Positions 28,435 to 38,091 of a stretch of 64,000 nucleotides of DNA are shown here, one piece after another (the stretch's first letter is position 1; each line of letters starts with the position of its first letter). The notes beneath the pieces were generated by a model. The model saw nothing but the letters and a program-made list of their open reading frames with translations, had not been told where the DNA came from and made no database searches. The DNA is from a virus (lineage: Duplodnaviria > Caudoviricetes). The position numbers and the translations under genes are program-made. The stretch lies in IMG/VR virus record IMGVR_UViG_3300014204_000111, positions 128,001-192,000 of that record; one strand, 5' to 3'.

Positions 28435-29040
28435 ACCGAAGTATATAACGAACAAGATTTAGGGCATGGAGATAATTTTTATTGGCCTAAATTACATAGA
28501 TTTTTACATCAAGTTAAATGGTGCAAACAAACACACGGAGAAGATTCGTTTGATTACGAACAACAAATTGTAAAACTTGCACAATTAGTAGCTGCTATGG
28601 GTGATATGAGAGATTTACCTATAGAAGAGTTATATCATTATTTCCACGGTCATCACAAAGCTGATATTAATAATGCTGTTGAACTAATTCAAACTCAAGA
28701 TAAGATGATGTCTCCTAGAGAAGGAAATCTTGAAGAAAGATATAATAATAAATGGGTTGTTAGAGATACAGAGAATTATATGGATGGATTTGGTAGACCT
28801 TGGTTATCTCAAGGATATAACCAATCTACTGATTTAAAAAGAGAACAAGTATTAGATTATAACACCCCTGTAGGTCTTCATAGACCAGATGCAGATACAT
28901 ATATTGAAAGTTATCCCGAACATCCTCATAATGAAAAATGGGAAGAGAAATTAAAGCAGAATAGCTACCTCCGTATGTTGTTCACCAAAGAAGAACGTGC
29001 CGAGGCTAAACGTAATATGGAAAAATACGGAGAACAATAA
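28432..29040 (+). CDS. putative internal head protein
   Basis: between portal and protease; LGHG motif at residues 10-13. Confidence 0.6.
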   Translation: MTEVYNEQDLGHGDNFYWPKLHRFLHQVKWCKQTHGEDSFDYEQQIVKLAQLVAAMGDMRDLPIEELYHYFHGHHKADINNAVELIQTQDKMMSPREGNLEERYNNKWVVRDTENYMDGFGRPWLSQGYNQSTDLKREQVLDYNTPVGLHRPDADTYIESYPEHPHNEKWEEKLKQNSYLRMLFTKEERAEAKRNMEKYGEQ

Positions 29041-29921
29041 TGTCAACAGCAGAGCAAGTGATGCAACAAGCCGAAACCTATAAGTTATTCAAAGGTATTA
29101 TTAATAATTTTGAAGAAGATTTGGTACAACATGGTTATGAGCTTGATGAACAAGATAAAGTAAGAGTAATTAACTTGGTTATTGATACGACCCAGAAGCT
29201 TTTTAAAGGGTCTACAGATGAAGAGTTAATTGATTTTCTTGGTCGTTATGATAGAAATATTAGAGCAACTGCTCTTAATACATTAAATAATGAATATGAA
29301 CAAGAAGCTTTAACTAAATCTATGCAAGAATTGACATATCACCCAGACCATGTTTACGCTCATCAAGTAGAAGAGTCTGGAAAAGATGTTTATCCAGAAA
29401 TGCTTAAGAGCAGATGGAATGAGTTGCCTGACGAACTTAAAAACCATATGGAACAATATCATATGGAAAATAGATTATGGCACACTCATACAGATAATTT
29501 GGCTGACCCATTGATTTTTGGTAAATCAGTTGAAACTAATATGGTTGAACGTAACTATATTCATGAAATCGCTCACCGTCTTGACGAAAAAGCTGTAAGA
29601 GGCGAAGAGGCAGATGATGAAGAGATTTCAGTATATTCTGAGCTTTATAAAGCTGAAATTTATCCTGGTATGGTTGCCAGTGATGGTGTGGTTATTACTC
29701 CTGAGTTAGCTGAACATATGAATGGTATTCACGGCCCAAGATATCAAGCTCATCCTTTAGAACTTCCTATGATTGGCCCTTCTGGTTCATTTGTTGAATT
29801 TGAGCATTTAAAGAAATCAATGCCTGATAGACCTACATCATTTAAAACTGAGAATGAAGTTTCTATTTTGAAGCAAGAACTTTTTAATCTCGGCTACGAG
29901 ACTCAAAAAAAAAATAGCTAA
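29040..29921 (+). CDS. putative internal head/core protein, acidic
   Basis: repeated LFKG, LTKS, MLKS, FGKS, LYKA, LKKS; ends just after an A10 run. Confidence 0.65.
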   Translation: MSTAEQVMQQAETYKLFKGIINNFEEDLVQHGYELDEQDKVRVINLVIDTTQKLFKGSTDEELIDFLGRYDRNIRATALNTLNNEYEQEALTKSMQELTYHPDHVYAHQVEESGKDVYPEMLKSRWNELPDELKNHMEQYHMENRLWHTHTDNLADPLIFGKSVETNMVERNYIHEIAHRLDEKAVRGEEADDEEISVYSELYKAEIYPGMVASDGVVITPELAEHMNGIHGPRYQAHPLELPMIGPSGSFVEFEHLKKSMPDRPTSFKTENEVSILKQELFNLGYETQKKNS

Positions 29922-31050
29922 ATCCAGTCCTAATCCTGGCTGGTCAGATGATACTTACGAAGAAGACGATGATTCTGCACGTCAAGAGGCAGAAGAGTTA
30001 AGTTTAGGTCAAGATACTCCTTCTCAAGCAACTAAAAGATTTCTTCCAGCAGAAGGTCATGCTGATGGACAACATCCATATTTAAGTAACCCAATTCATT
30101 CTTCATTCTCTCATTTACAACAATATCTTCCTGAACTTAATCAGCATTTAAATGCATACTTACAGCAAAATCCTAATTTTGACCCAAAGAATATACTTGC
30201 AGTTAGAGGAGCGGCATTAGAAGCTCTTCATCATCATCATACTCTAAATCACCTAAATCCTACGCCTCCTCCGAATATACCTCAAATAGTTCAACAAGCA
30301 GGAGCGCTTATCCAAGGTCATCTTGATTCAGAAAAGAAAAATGTACAACAATCTTCACAATCTTCATTAAGTAATCAAACTTGGGATAAGAATGATACAA
30401 CAGATATTTTCGGTAAACCTACTTGGTTCCCACAACAAAAAGGTCACGGAGGTATGGGAGAATTTTCTTCAAACTATATAGCTCCTTCAATGAATAAGTC
30501 TCTTAATTCTTTTGTCCAAATATCTATGCTTAAAGGTATGCTAGATAATTTACACACTAAACATAATTACGGACACGGAGGAGAAATAGATGTATTAAGC
30601 GGAAAAACTGTTAATCCAAAAGATTTACCACAACCTGTTCAACCAATGCCATCTTCTCCTATTGCTGTACCTAATGACCCTTGGAAAGAGGATAGGGAAG
30701 CACAAAAGTATGAGAAAAAGACTTTGCCACCTCATTCAGGAGATGGTTGGGGTTTAGCAGATGATATTAGAGGAAATTTAACTGATGAACAAGAGATGGA
30801 TGATGCTAATAATGACCCTAATAATGGACTAGCTCCAGAATTTAGGACAAAAACTGTTCAATCAGACCCTAAGCAATCTCAAAGAATACAATCATTTCCT
30901 GGCAATTTATATCCTAGTAATCCATCTATGGTTCCTTCGACTCCTGCACCACAAGTATATAATCCCAATGTTAAACCAAGTAATGTAGATATACTCCCCG
31001 GATTAAGAGCAATGATAGAAAGTGCTAAAGTAGGACAGGCTGGTAAATAA
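29915..31050 (+). CDS. probable frameshifted extension of 29040-29921 (includes track ORF 30454-31050)
   Basis: +1 frame open from 29872 with no ATG/GTG/TTG before 30454; coding-like sequence with IAKS, KGHG, MNKS, YGHG. Confidence 0.6.
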
Positions 31051-32309
31051 TGCAATTATTTAATGAAATTATTCAGGACTTAATCGGAGAACATGTATTT
31101 AATTGTTCTTGTGTTTCTGTGGAAACTAAGAAAACACTCATAACCTTATATTCAGATATGGTTGATAGCTTTGTAATGGGTGAACTTGGTAAATTTAAAA
31201 TAACACAACAGATTTTTAAAGAATTTTTAAAAAATCAACTTCCCGAAGTTTTTGAAAAAGCTGACGCTCTTAGATTTGAAAGAGAAGCACAAGAAGATGT
31301 TGCTCAAATTATAAATAAATCTATTATTCAGCAGAAAATTCCTCAATTTGAACAAACACATCAAGCATATTCTAAATGTTTATATATGAACCCATTTATT
31401 TTTGAAATGAAAGAAGGTTTTTACTTTAATAAACAAGGAGAACCATATATATATTTAGAAATTCCTGATATTAAAGAACATATTCTCCATATAATAGATG
31501 ATAGAAATAAATTTCCTAAAATTAAAGCAAGTTGGTTATTTTGTGATGATATAACTCCAGAACTGGTACATAGATTTCATATGACAACTTATTCAATTGC
31601 GCTTATGATTAGGGACATTACGCATCATTTACAAGTAATGCATCCAGAAGATATTATTGCTAAACTATCTTCTGTGTTTATTCCAATTCCCCAAGGATTA
31701 AGTGTTTATTATCAAAATGAACAAGGACAATTATCTTTGCCATCATCACTTTACGCTACAGAATTAAAAGAAAGAGGTTTAGATAAAATTCCTTCGATTG
31801 GTGTATACGACCAATTAGTTAATGATAAAAATGCATTTTTTGATTTTATTAAACAAAACAAATTAGCATCAGGTATTAAACTAGATTTAATTGGAGGAAG
31901 TTTATTTGGAGACTTTGGGTTATTAGGACACCCAAGTTATTTAGACCAAAAATTACCATATATTCATAATATACTATTACCTATGTTTTTAAATACTTAT
32001 AAAAGAGAATCAATTAAACCTCAAATGTTACAAGCTCTAGAATCTAAATATCAAGAGTGTTTAGCAGAAATTCCGCCAGGATTACTAGAAAATGATAAAG
32101 TAGTATCTGTTCTTATCTCTTTATTACAAGAGGTTCAAGCTTTAGTTGTTTCTGGTGTAGGAGCAGCATTATATGCTATTACTCAGTATGGTGGATTTAA
32201 CGAAATAACAGCAAGAATAGGTTTGTGTAGTAATACGACTTTATATGAATCTTTATCAGATACAGGAGTTAAAACACTATGTTATCTTAAAGGAGTAAGT
32301 CGTGATTAA
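31050..32309 (+). CDS. hypothetical head-module protein
   Basis: 419 aa, coupled. Confidence 0.7.
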   Translation: MQLFNEIIQDLIGEHVFNCSCVSVETKKTLITLYSDMVDSFVMGELGKFKITQQIFKEFLKNQLPEVFEKADALRFEREAQEDVAQIINKSIIQQKIPQFEQTHQAYSKCLYMNPFIFEMKEGFYFNKQGEPYIYLEIPDIKEHILHIIDDRNKFPKIKASWLFCDDITPELVHRFHMTTYSIALMIRDITHHLQVMHPEDIIAKLSSVFIPIPQGLSVYYQNEQGQLSLPSSLYATELKERGLDKIPSIGVYDQLVNDKNAFFDFIKQNKLASGIKLDLIGGSLFGDFGLLGHPSYLDQKLPYIHNILLPMFLNTYKRESIKPQMLQALESKYQECLAEIPPGLLENDKVVSVLISLLQEVQALVVSGVGAALYAITQYGGFNEITARIGLCSNTTLYESLSDTGVKTLCYLKGVSRD

Positions 32310-32922
32310 TCTACAGGGAATCAAAATTCTTCCTATAAAAGAAAAACCATCTACTTTAATTATTTCATCAAGTATATATGTAGATAAATTAATTGCTCTT
32401 CATCTTGGTTTTGAAGAGGTAATTAAACAATATGGTAATTTAACAAACTTAATAAGACTAGAAGTAGAACAATACAGAAGTGATTTAGGTCATTCTAATT
32501 TAATTTCAATTGACTTACCTTTATCAGTATATCATGCAAATTTCTCTTTACTCTCTGTTTTACAAGTTGCTACGCTAATTATCGAACAAGATGAACATGA
32601 TTTTGCTTCTCTTAATCCTTGTACGATGCAACAAATTAAAGAGAATAAAAGAATAATGGCTGATTTATATGCATTAATGCATTTACCAGATATTAATTTT
32701 ATTTATTTTAGTGAAGGTTCTAACCATATGTTAACTACTCCTATTAAGCCAGTTAATGCTCCTGCAAATTGGGTAGATAAATTAGATAAAATTTTAGAAG
32801 AATATGAAGAATGGCAAAGTTCACAAGACCAAGAAACAAAACAATTATTTGGCGTAGAAACAAGTAATGGATTTTTTGATAATATAGCAAAACAAGAAGT
32901 ACAATTCTATCAAAATAAATAA
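32302..32922 (+). CDS. hypothetical head-module protein
   Basis: GTG start after AAGGAG. Confidence 0.7.
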   Translation: MINLQGIKILPIKEKPSTLIISSSIYVDKLIALHLGFEEVIKQYGNLTNLIRLEVEQYRSDLGHSNLISIDLPLSVYHANFSLLSVLQVATLIIEQDEHDFASLNPCTMQQIKENKRIMADLYALMHLPDINFIYFSEGSNHMLTTPIKPVNAPANWVDKLDKILEEYEEWQSSQDQETKQLFGVETSNGFFDNIAKQEVQFYQNK

Positions 32923-32928
32923 AAGTGT

Positions 32929-32945
32929 GGGTAAAATACTGTATG
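32929..32945 (+). promoter_or_regulatory. leaderless promoter GGG-TAAAAT-N5-ATG
   Basis: recurrent motif; moves the protease start to 32943. Confidence 0.7.
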
Positions 32946-34922
32946 GCTAATAAAACCTTTATAACTGGTGAAAATGTTAAAAGTCTTGTAAAGATGGAAT
33001 ATGACGGAGATGTTATCTTTGAAGGTATATTCGCATCTAATGATAGAGATATTCAAGGCGATATTATTGATAAAACAATGCTTAAGCAAATGAATAATAA
33101 TCTTAACACTGGTGCGCCTGTTTTCTTAAATCACTTTTATCATAGACCGGCTGTTGGTAAAGTTTTAAAATCAGAATATATGGAAGACCCAAATACAGGA
33201 AGAGCTTGGATTTGGGGGCGTGGTGTTGTTGATTCTGCTGATGCTGATTTTAAAAGACAAGTAGCAGATGGTAGATATAAATATATCTCGGTTGGTGGAC
33301 ATTTAGATGATTATGAAATGGAAAAGTCTGCCGATGGGAAATCTACTCGTCGTTGTAAAAGTGGAAAAGCTCTTGAGATATCTTTAACCGCAGTTCCTAT
33401 TAATATATCTGCTGGTATGACATTAGCAAAAGGTCAAATTAACGATGAAATTACAGACCAAATTATAGAAAATAATAACTTAATGAAAGCAATCTTCTCA
33501 ATGGACGAGGATGAGCAAGGTAAATTAACTAAACTAAATTATCACGAAGTAGAATTTATCCCCATATCGGAGCAAAGTATGTTGCAAAAAGGTGAAGTTG
33601 GAGAATTCAAGAAGTTAGACGAAAAACCTAGCAAATCAAGTATTGAATTCGGACATGGTACAAAAGTTGGAGAAGAAGACTTAGAAAAGTATTATAATCC
33701 AAAGGTTTCTGGCTTTATAACCAGCAAAGACGTAGACCCTCTTAATGTTTCTGACGAACATTCTCAAGAATTCTTAAGCAAACATAAGACAAGTGTTATT
33801 GAATCAAATGAAAAACATGATGATTTTGGTTTTGTTGATAAAAACAGCGAATCTTTCTTAAATAAAACTTCGATTTCTGACCCCGCTGCTCCTAACAAGT
33901 ATGACCCAGGTAACTCTGTAGATAAAAATTCTAACTCTTGGATTCTTTCTCAGGCTAAAACATTTGTTTCTGGTTTAGATTCTATGCAAAAAGCAGTATT
34001 AGTTGATTTAATTTTCCACGATTTTAATACTGATAAATTATATGCAACATCTGGAGAAAGCCAGCCAAACGTCATTCACCGTTTATTACATCAAAAGAAT
34101 TCTTATGCTAAAGCTGGTGGATTTTCTAATATTATTGGTCAAGAACTTACAGCATTATTAAAGTCTCTTGATTGGCGTAATTCTGATAACAATATGTATG
34201 ATAGATTAGTATTAGACCATATTCTTGGCCCAAATCATATTGAAGAGGTAAAAGATTATTTAACTAAGTCTATGTATGGTTTTGCTGGAGACAAAGACCC
34301 TAATGAACCAGATGGCGATGAAATGGGACAAGACCCTTCAATGGGTGGTTCTCCTATGGGACAAGACCCAAGTATGGGTGGAGCACCTATGGGACAAGAC
34401 CCTTCAATGGGTGGAGCACCTGCAATGCCCGCTCCTGGTGCAGAAGGTACTGACCCAAGTATGGGCGGTGGCGAAGACCCAACAATAGGCGCAGTTTCTC
34501 AAATTGTTGAAAAATATGCTCAGCAAGCAGGAATTGACCCCAATTCTATTCAACAACTATTACAAGGTGGAGATGTAACTGGCGCAGCTAAGGCCGTTAT
34601 TCAAGCATTACAGCAATCTAATCCTGACTTAGCTAATCAAATGTTAGATGAACTAAACCAAACCCTACAGGGTGGTGGTTCTGAACAAGCAACACCTGGA
34701 GGTGGTGAAGCACCTGGCGCAGCTCCCCAATCAATGATGATGGGTAAATCAATTAATCCAGAAGAAGCTGTTGCTGCATATAGAGAAGCGAGAAAAGAAC
34801 AGTTTACAAAGTCAAGAGTTTTCTCTGAACAACCTGCTCAATCTCGATATAATAGTAAACCAGCCAGCGGCGCTGACTTGGCAATGGCCTCTTGGATAGG
34901 TCAGTATAATATCGAAAGATAA
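32943..34922 (+). CDS. HK97-type prohead protease fused to a scaffold-like region
   Basis: FEGIFAS..RDIQGDII, FLNH (His), AVGKV, YISVGG (Ser), LEISLTAVP-N; long acidic low-complexity C-terminal part. Confidence 0.88.
   Translation: MANKTFITGENVKSLVKMEYDGDVIFEGIFASNDRDIQGDIIDKTMLKQMNNNLNTGAPVFLNHFYHRPAVGKVLKSEYMEDPNTGRAWIWGRGVVDSADADFKRQVADGRYKYISVGGHLDDYEMEKSADGKSTRRCKSGKALEISLTAVPINISAGMTLAKGQINDEITDQIIENNNLMKAIFSMDEDEQGKLTKLNYHEVEFIPISEQSMLQKGEVGEFKKLDEKPSKSSIEFGHGTKVGEEDLEKYYNPKVSGFITSKDVDPLNVSDEHSQEFLSKHKTSVIESNEKHDDFGFVDKNSESFLNKTSISDPAAPNKYDPGNSVDKNSNSWILSQAKTFVSGLDSMQKAVLVDLIFHDFNTDKLYATSGESQPNVIHRLLHQKNSYAKAGGFSNIIGQELTALLKSLDWRNSDNNMYDRLVLDHILGPNHIEEVKDYLTKSMYGFAGDKDPNEPDGDEMGQDPSMGGSPMGQDPSMGGAPMGQDPSMGGAPAMPAPGAEGTDPSMGGGEDPTIGAVSQIVEKYAQQAGIDPNSIQQLLQGGDVTGAAKAVIQALQQSNPDLANQMLDELNQTLQGGGSEQATPGGGEAPGAAPQSMMMGKSINPEEAVAAYREARKEQFTKSRVFSEQPAQSRYNSKPASGADLAMASWIGQYNIER
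34323..34421 (+). repeat. three tandem 33-bp repeats encoding MGQDPSMGG(S/A)P
   Basis: units start at 34323, 34356, 34389; looser copies follow. Confidence 0.9.
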
Positions 34923-34933
34923 GGAACTAAATA

Positions 34934-36214
34934 ATGAATCGTAGACAACCATTTGTGAAGAGCAATCAGAATTTCCAAAAAGCAGGAGATTTTCCTACTA
35001 CATGGGGAGATTCAGGGAGTGTTCCCGCTGATTACCAAACAGTGTATAATCCTGGGCAAGGCTTTAACGTCTCTGCTCAAGTAGGAAGTCTTACAGCTCC
35101 TATTATTGGTAGCCCTGGTGTTATCAACTCAATCGGTGGTAGAGACTTCTTATCAATTGATGTAACGCAAGAATATTTGCCTTATATCAACCAAGCGTCT
35201 TATTTGCGTAAGCACCACAGAGTCGTTCCTATGGACGGCCCAAGCAAGTATATTCCTAAGATTGCTGGCCCAGCAAAAGTGTATGCAACTGGTGAAGGTC
35301 AGGTTATGAGTCAAACCGTAATCCCAACCACAACTGTTGCGTTGATTGCAAAAGCAATGGCAGTTTCTTTCGCAATTCCTCGTGAAATCGCGGATGACTC
35401 TATCATCAATTTGCTTCCTGCAATTAGAGAACACTTAGTTGACCGTTTCGTTCTTGCAGAAGAAGAAGCCTTCTTATTAGGTGATGAAAACACTTTCGCT
35501 GGTAGTGGTAGCGTTCGTTCTATGTTTAACGGATTGAGTGTCGGTGGTGAGTATAACTCCCTTGGCTCTTCAGATGTTATGGCAAATAACGGTGCTGAAT
35601 TAATTAACGCCGCTGGAAACCCATTCTCAACTGAGCATGTTAACGAAGCTCTTGAGAAGTTGGACTTGCTAGGACAAAATCCTGACCATATTCTAGGTAT
35701 TATTTCTCGTAAGCATGCAAGAACCCTACGTGGTGACTCTACGCTTTTACGTCAATTAACTAACTTTGGCCCAAGCCCAACCTTTAGAACTGGTCGTATA
35801 GGCCAAATCTTTGGTGTTAACTTGGTTCAAACTAACTTGTTGAATCCTAATGCGATGGTTCCAAGTGATGATGGTCAATGGTGGGGCTTCTTGGGCTTTG
35901 GTTCTGAAACTCCCGTTGAAATGACAACTCCTGGTGGAAATGACCCTGACCTTTTAAGTGATTATGGTACTGGTAACAGAATCTATTCATATTATGGTTC
36001 AGAAGCTCTTGCTAAGGCGCATCAGACAACTCTTACTGAAGCTTTGTTTGTCCATAAGGATAGCGCAGTTATCGGTGATAGACAGAAATTGGAAATCGAA
36101 ATGTCTGCTCACACTCTATTAGCGGCTCGTTCGCTCTTGCTTGTGGCGCATGAGAGAATTGCATTTGCTTTACAATTACGTAGAGGTATTTGCAAGGTCA
36201 TCCAGTTGGGTTGA
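34934..36214 (+). CDS. major capsid protein (HK97 fold)
   Basis: GEG, IPREIADDSII, EEEAFLLGD, FNGL, GQIFGVNLV, ERIAF; follows the protease; terminator downstream. Confidence 0.92.
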   Translation: MNRRQPFVKSNQNFQKAGDFPTTWGDSGSVPADYQTVYNPGQGFNVSAQVGSLTAPIIGSPGVINSIGGRDFLSIDVTQEYLPYINQASYLRKHHRVVPMDGPSKYIPKIAGPAKVYATGEGQVMSQTVIPTTTVALIAKAMAVSFAIPREIADDSIINLLPAIREHLVDRFVLAEEEAFLLGDENTFAGSGSVRSMFNGLSVGGEYNSLGSSDVMANNGAELINAAGNPFSTEHVNEALEKLDLLGQNPDHILGIISRKHARTLRGDSTLLRQLTNFGPSPTFRTGRIGQIFGVNLVQTNLLNPNAMVPSDDGQWWGFLGFGSETPVEMTTPGGNDPDLLSDYGTGNRIYSYYGSEALAKAHQTTLTEALFVHKDSAVIGDRQKLEIEMSAHTLLAARSLLLVAHERIAFALQLRRGICKVIQLG

Positions 36215-36216
36215 TG

Positions 36217-36233
36217 CATGTATCATCTTACCC
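36217..36233 (-). promoter_or_regulatory. antisense-oriented GGG-TAAGAT-N5-ATG motif pointing into the capsid gene
   Basis: reverse complement of CATGTATCATCTTACCC. Confidence 0.4.
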
Positions 36234-36250
36234 ATTCCATCAGATTATTC

Positions 36251-36278
36251 AAGAGGCTGTTAAAAGCCTCTTTTTTTT
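36251..36278 (+). terminator. intrinsic terminator after the capsid gene
   Basis: AAGAGGCT-GTTAAA-AGCCTCTT followed by T run. Confidence 0.88.
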
Positions 36279-36319
36279 GGGTATATAGAGTATACGAAAA
36301 ATTATACAGGAGTATAACG

Positions 36320-37324
36320 ATGCAGTGGATTCAACAAGAAGACGATTTGCTTAAAGCAAAATTTGCGACAACAGGTACATATGATTTACTACCCTTATTT
36401 CCTGGCAGAACTTGGAAATCTTTGGTACATCGTGCAACAAAATTGGGATTATCTAAAACTAAAGAATGTAGAACTAATTTAACTAGAAAAGCCTCATCAT
36501 TGTCTCAAAATGATATTCTTTTAATGAAAGATAAGTATTCTAAAATTGAACAATATAAATGGCAATATTTAGCAGGAATGATAGATTCAGATGGTTGTAT
36601 TCGTTTATACAAAAATACAGCAAATTATTCTCCAGTTATATATGTGACAAATATATCAGAATCACTTATAGATTGGTTAGTAAATAATTTTGGTGGTTCT
36701 AAAAATAATATCAGACATAAAACGGGAGATTCAATTAATGGTATTACAGTGAAGAGCAGAAGACAGGCTTTTAGTTGGAAACTAACAGGTTTAGAAAATG
36801 TGGTAGAATTACTTAAATATCTAAAAAGTGAATTAATTATAAAGAGACAGCAAGCAGAAATTATTCTTGATGCTCACTCTCAAGGCTGGTATTCTATTAA
36901 TTTAGAACCTGTTTATACAAAATTAATTCAATCTAAAAAAGAATATGACATTAATAATTCTTGCTCTTCAGTTATTACAGATGCTTATCTAGCGGGAATG
37001 ATTGATGGAGATGGATGTATTATATTAAGATACAATAATTATGACTTTATTAATGCTATGTTAGATATATCCAATGAAAGTATAATTTTAAATAAAAAAT
37101 TATTAGATTTAGGATGGAATCAATTTATGAATAGAGGATTAATACATAATACAATTTATAAACAAAAAGACTGTCTTTCTTTGCTCTTAAACATTAGCCC
37201 TTATCTCATCATCAAAAAAGAGCAAGCGGAATTAGTTATTGAATTCTTACAAAACAAAAAAACCCTTGATAAAGAAGGTCAAGAGGATTATAAAAATCGT
37301 CTATCTCTTCTAAAACAAGGGTAA
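36320..37324 (+). CDS. free-standing double-motif LAGLIDADG homing endonuclease with N-terminal Myb/HTH-like region
   Basis: YLAGMIDSDG and YLAGMIDGDG; AGGAG RBS before ATG 36320. Confidence 0.9.
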   Translation: MQWIQQEDDLLKAKFATTGTYDLLPLFPGRTWKSLVHRATKLGLSKTKECRTNLTRKASSLSQNDILLMKDKYSKIEQYKWQYLAGMIDSDGCIRLYKNTANYSPVIYVTNISESLIDWLVNNFGGSKNNIRHKTGDSINGITVKSRRQAFSWKLTGLENVVELLKYLKSELIIKRQQAEIILDAHSQGWYSINLEPVYTKLIQSKKEYDINNSCSSVITDAYLAGMIDGDGCIILRYNNYDFINAMLDISNESIILNKKLLDLGWNQFMNRGLIHNTIYKQKDCLSLLLNISPYLIIKKEQAELVIEFLQNKKTLDKEGQEDYKNRLSLLKQG

Positions 37325-37344
37325 ATTAAATTGGTCAAACTCTA

Positions 37345-37364
37345 AAGGCGGCATTAGCCGCCTT
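37345..37364. terminator. GC-rich hairpin between convergent genes
   Basis: AAGGCGGC-ATTA-GCCGCCTT. Confidence 0.65.
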
Positions 37365-37629
37365 CTCCATAATATTTTATATAGCTTGTCGCATCTATTA
37401 TGGCTAATTTCATTAAACGAATATAATAATTAAATGGTTGTATAAAACCATCATACTCTATTCCACACGTAGGTTTATATCCATGTTTTGAAATATGAAG
37501 TGATAAATTAGTAAAATTAGGATAATTGTTACGGAAAAAACAATATAATTTTGGTTCTTGGCTTATTCTTTTATATGTTAACTTAAAAGGAACAAGATAT
37601 TTCAAAATAATTTGCAGTGAATTAGTCAT
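37354..37629 (-). CDS. hypothetical protein
   Basis: overlapping minus-strand cassette. Confidence 0.55.
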   Translation of the reverse strand: MTNSLQIILKYLVPFKLTYKRISQEPKLYCFFRNNYPNFTNLSLHISKHGYKPTCGIEYDGFIQPFNYYIRLMKLAIIDATSYIKYYGEGG

Positions 37630-37871
37630 ATTTTATGAACAGTATCAAGAACTTCTTCTTTGAATTTTGCAACTTCAATTGCTAACATTGCTGGGAGTCC
37701 TCCTAAAAAGCTTTTATGCAAATATCCAAATATTTTTATTCTCTTTTGAAATTTACCTAAAGTAAGTGTTATAGAAGAATCTTCTGCTATATTAGATGTA
37801 TTATAAACATGAACATTTTCAATTATATATTCATTACAATGAGTATTTGGCAATGTATCACAATCAGACAT
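37626..37871 (-). CDS. hypothetical protein
   Basis: overlapping minus-strand cassette. Confidence 0.55.
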   Translation of the reverse strand: MSDCDTLPNTHCNEYIIENVHVYNTSNIAEDSSITLTLGKFQKRIKIFGYLHKSFLGGLPAMLAIEVAKFKEEVLDTVHKI

Positions 37872-38091
37872 TATCTACCTTCTTTATAAAATCATCAAGA
37901 ATTATTTGAAGTACTTCTATATGAGTTGAAGGAAAAATATCACAAGGAAAAACATGAGAACTAATCCTTCCTTTATATTTTATATGATATAAAACATCTT
38001 TTACTCCAGTTTTTATTGACACATTGACTCCATTTGACATACAAAGTCTATAAATAGCAATTTTTCCCCATATTTTATTTATAAATTTCAC
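37864..38091 (-). CDS. hypothetical protein
   Basis: overlapping minus-strand cassette. Confidence 0.55.
   Translation of the reverse strand: MKFINKIWGKIAIYRLCMSNGVNVSIKTGVKDVLYHIKYKGRISSHVFPCDIFPSTHIEVLQIILDDFIKKVDNV

Noticed and set aside
34323-34480. CRISPR-like repeats
   Set aside because: In-frame 33-bp coding tandem repeats without unique spacers
36279-36290. GGGTATATA after the capsid terminator as a promoter
   Set aside because: Lacks the final T of TAnnnT; plausible but not listed as a feature
36218-36319. Track start of the LAGLIDADG ORF at 36218
   Set aside because: It runs through the capsid terminator; ATG 36320 has an AGGAG RBS
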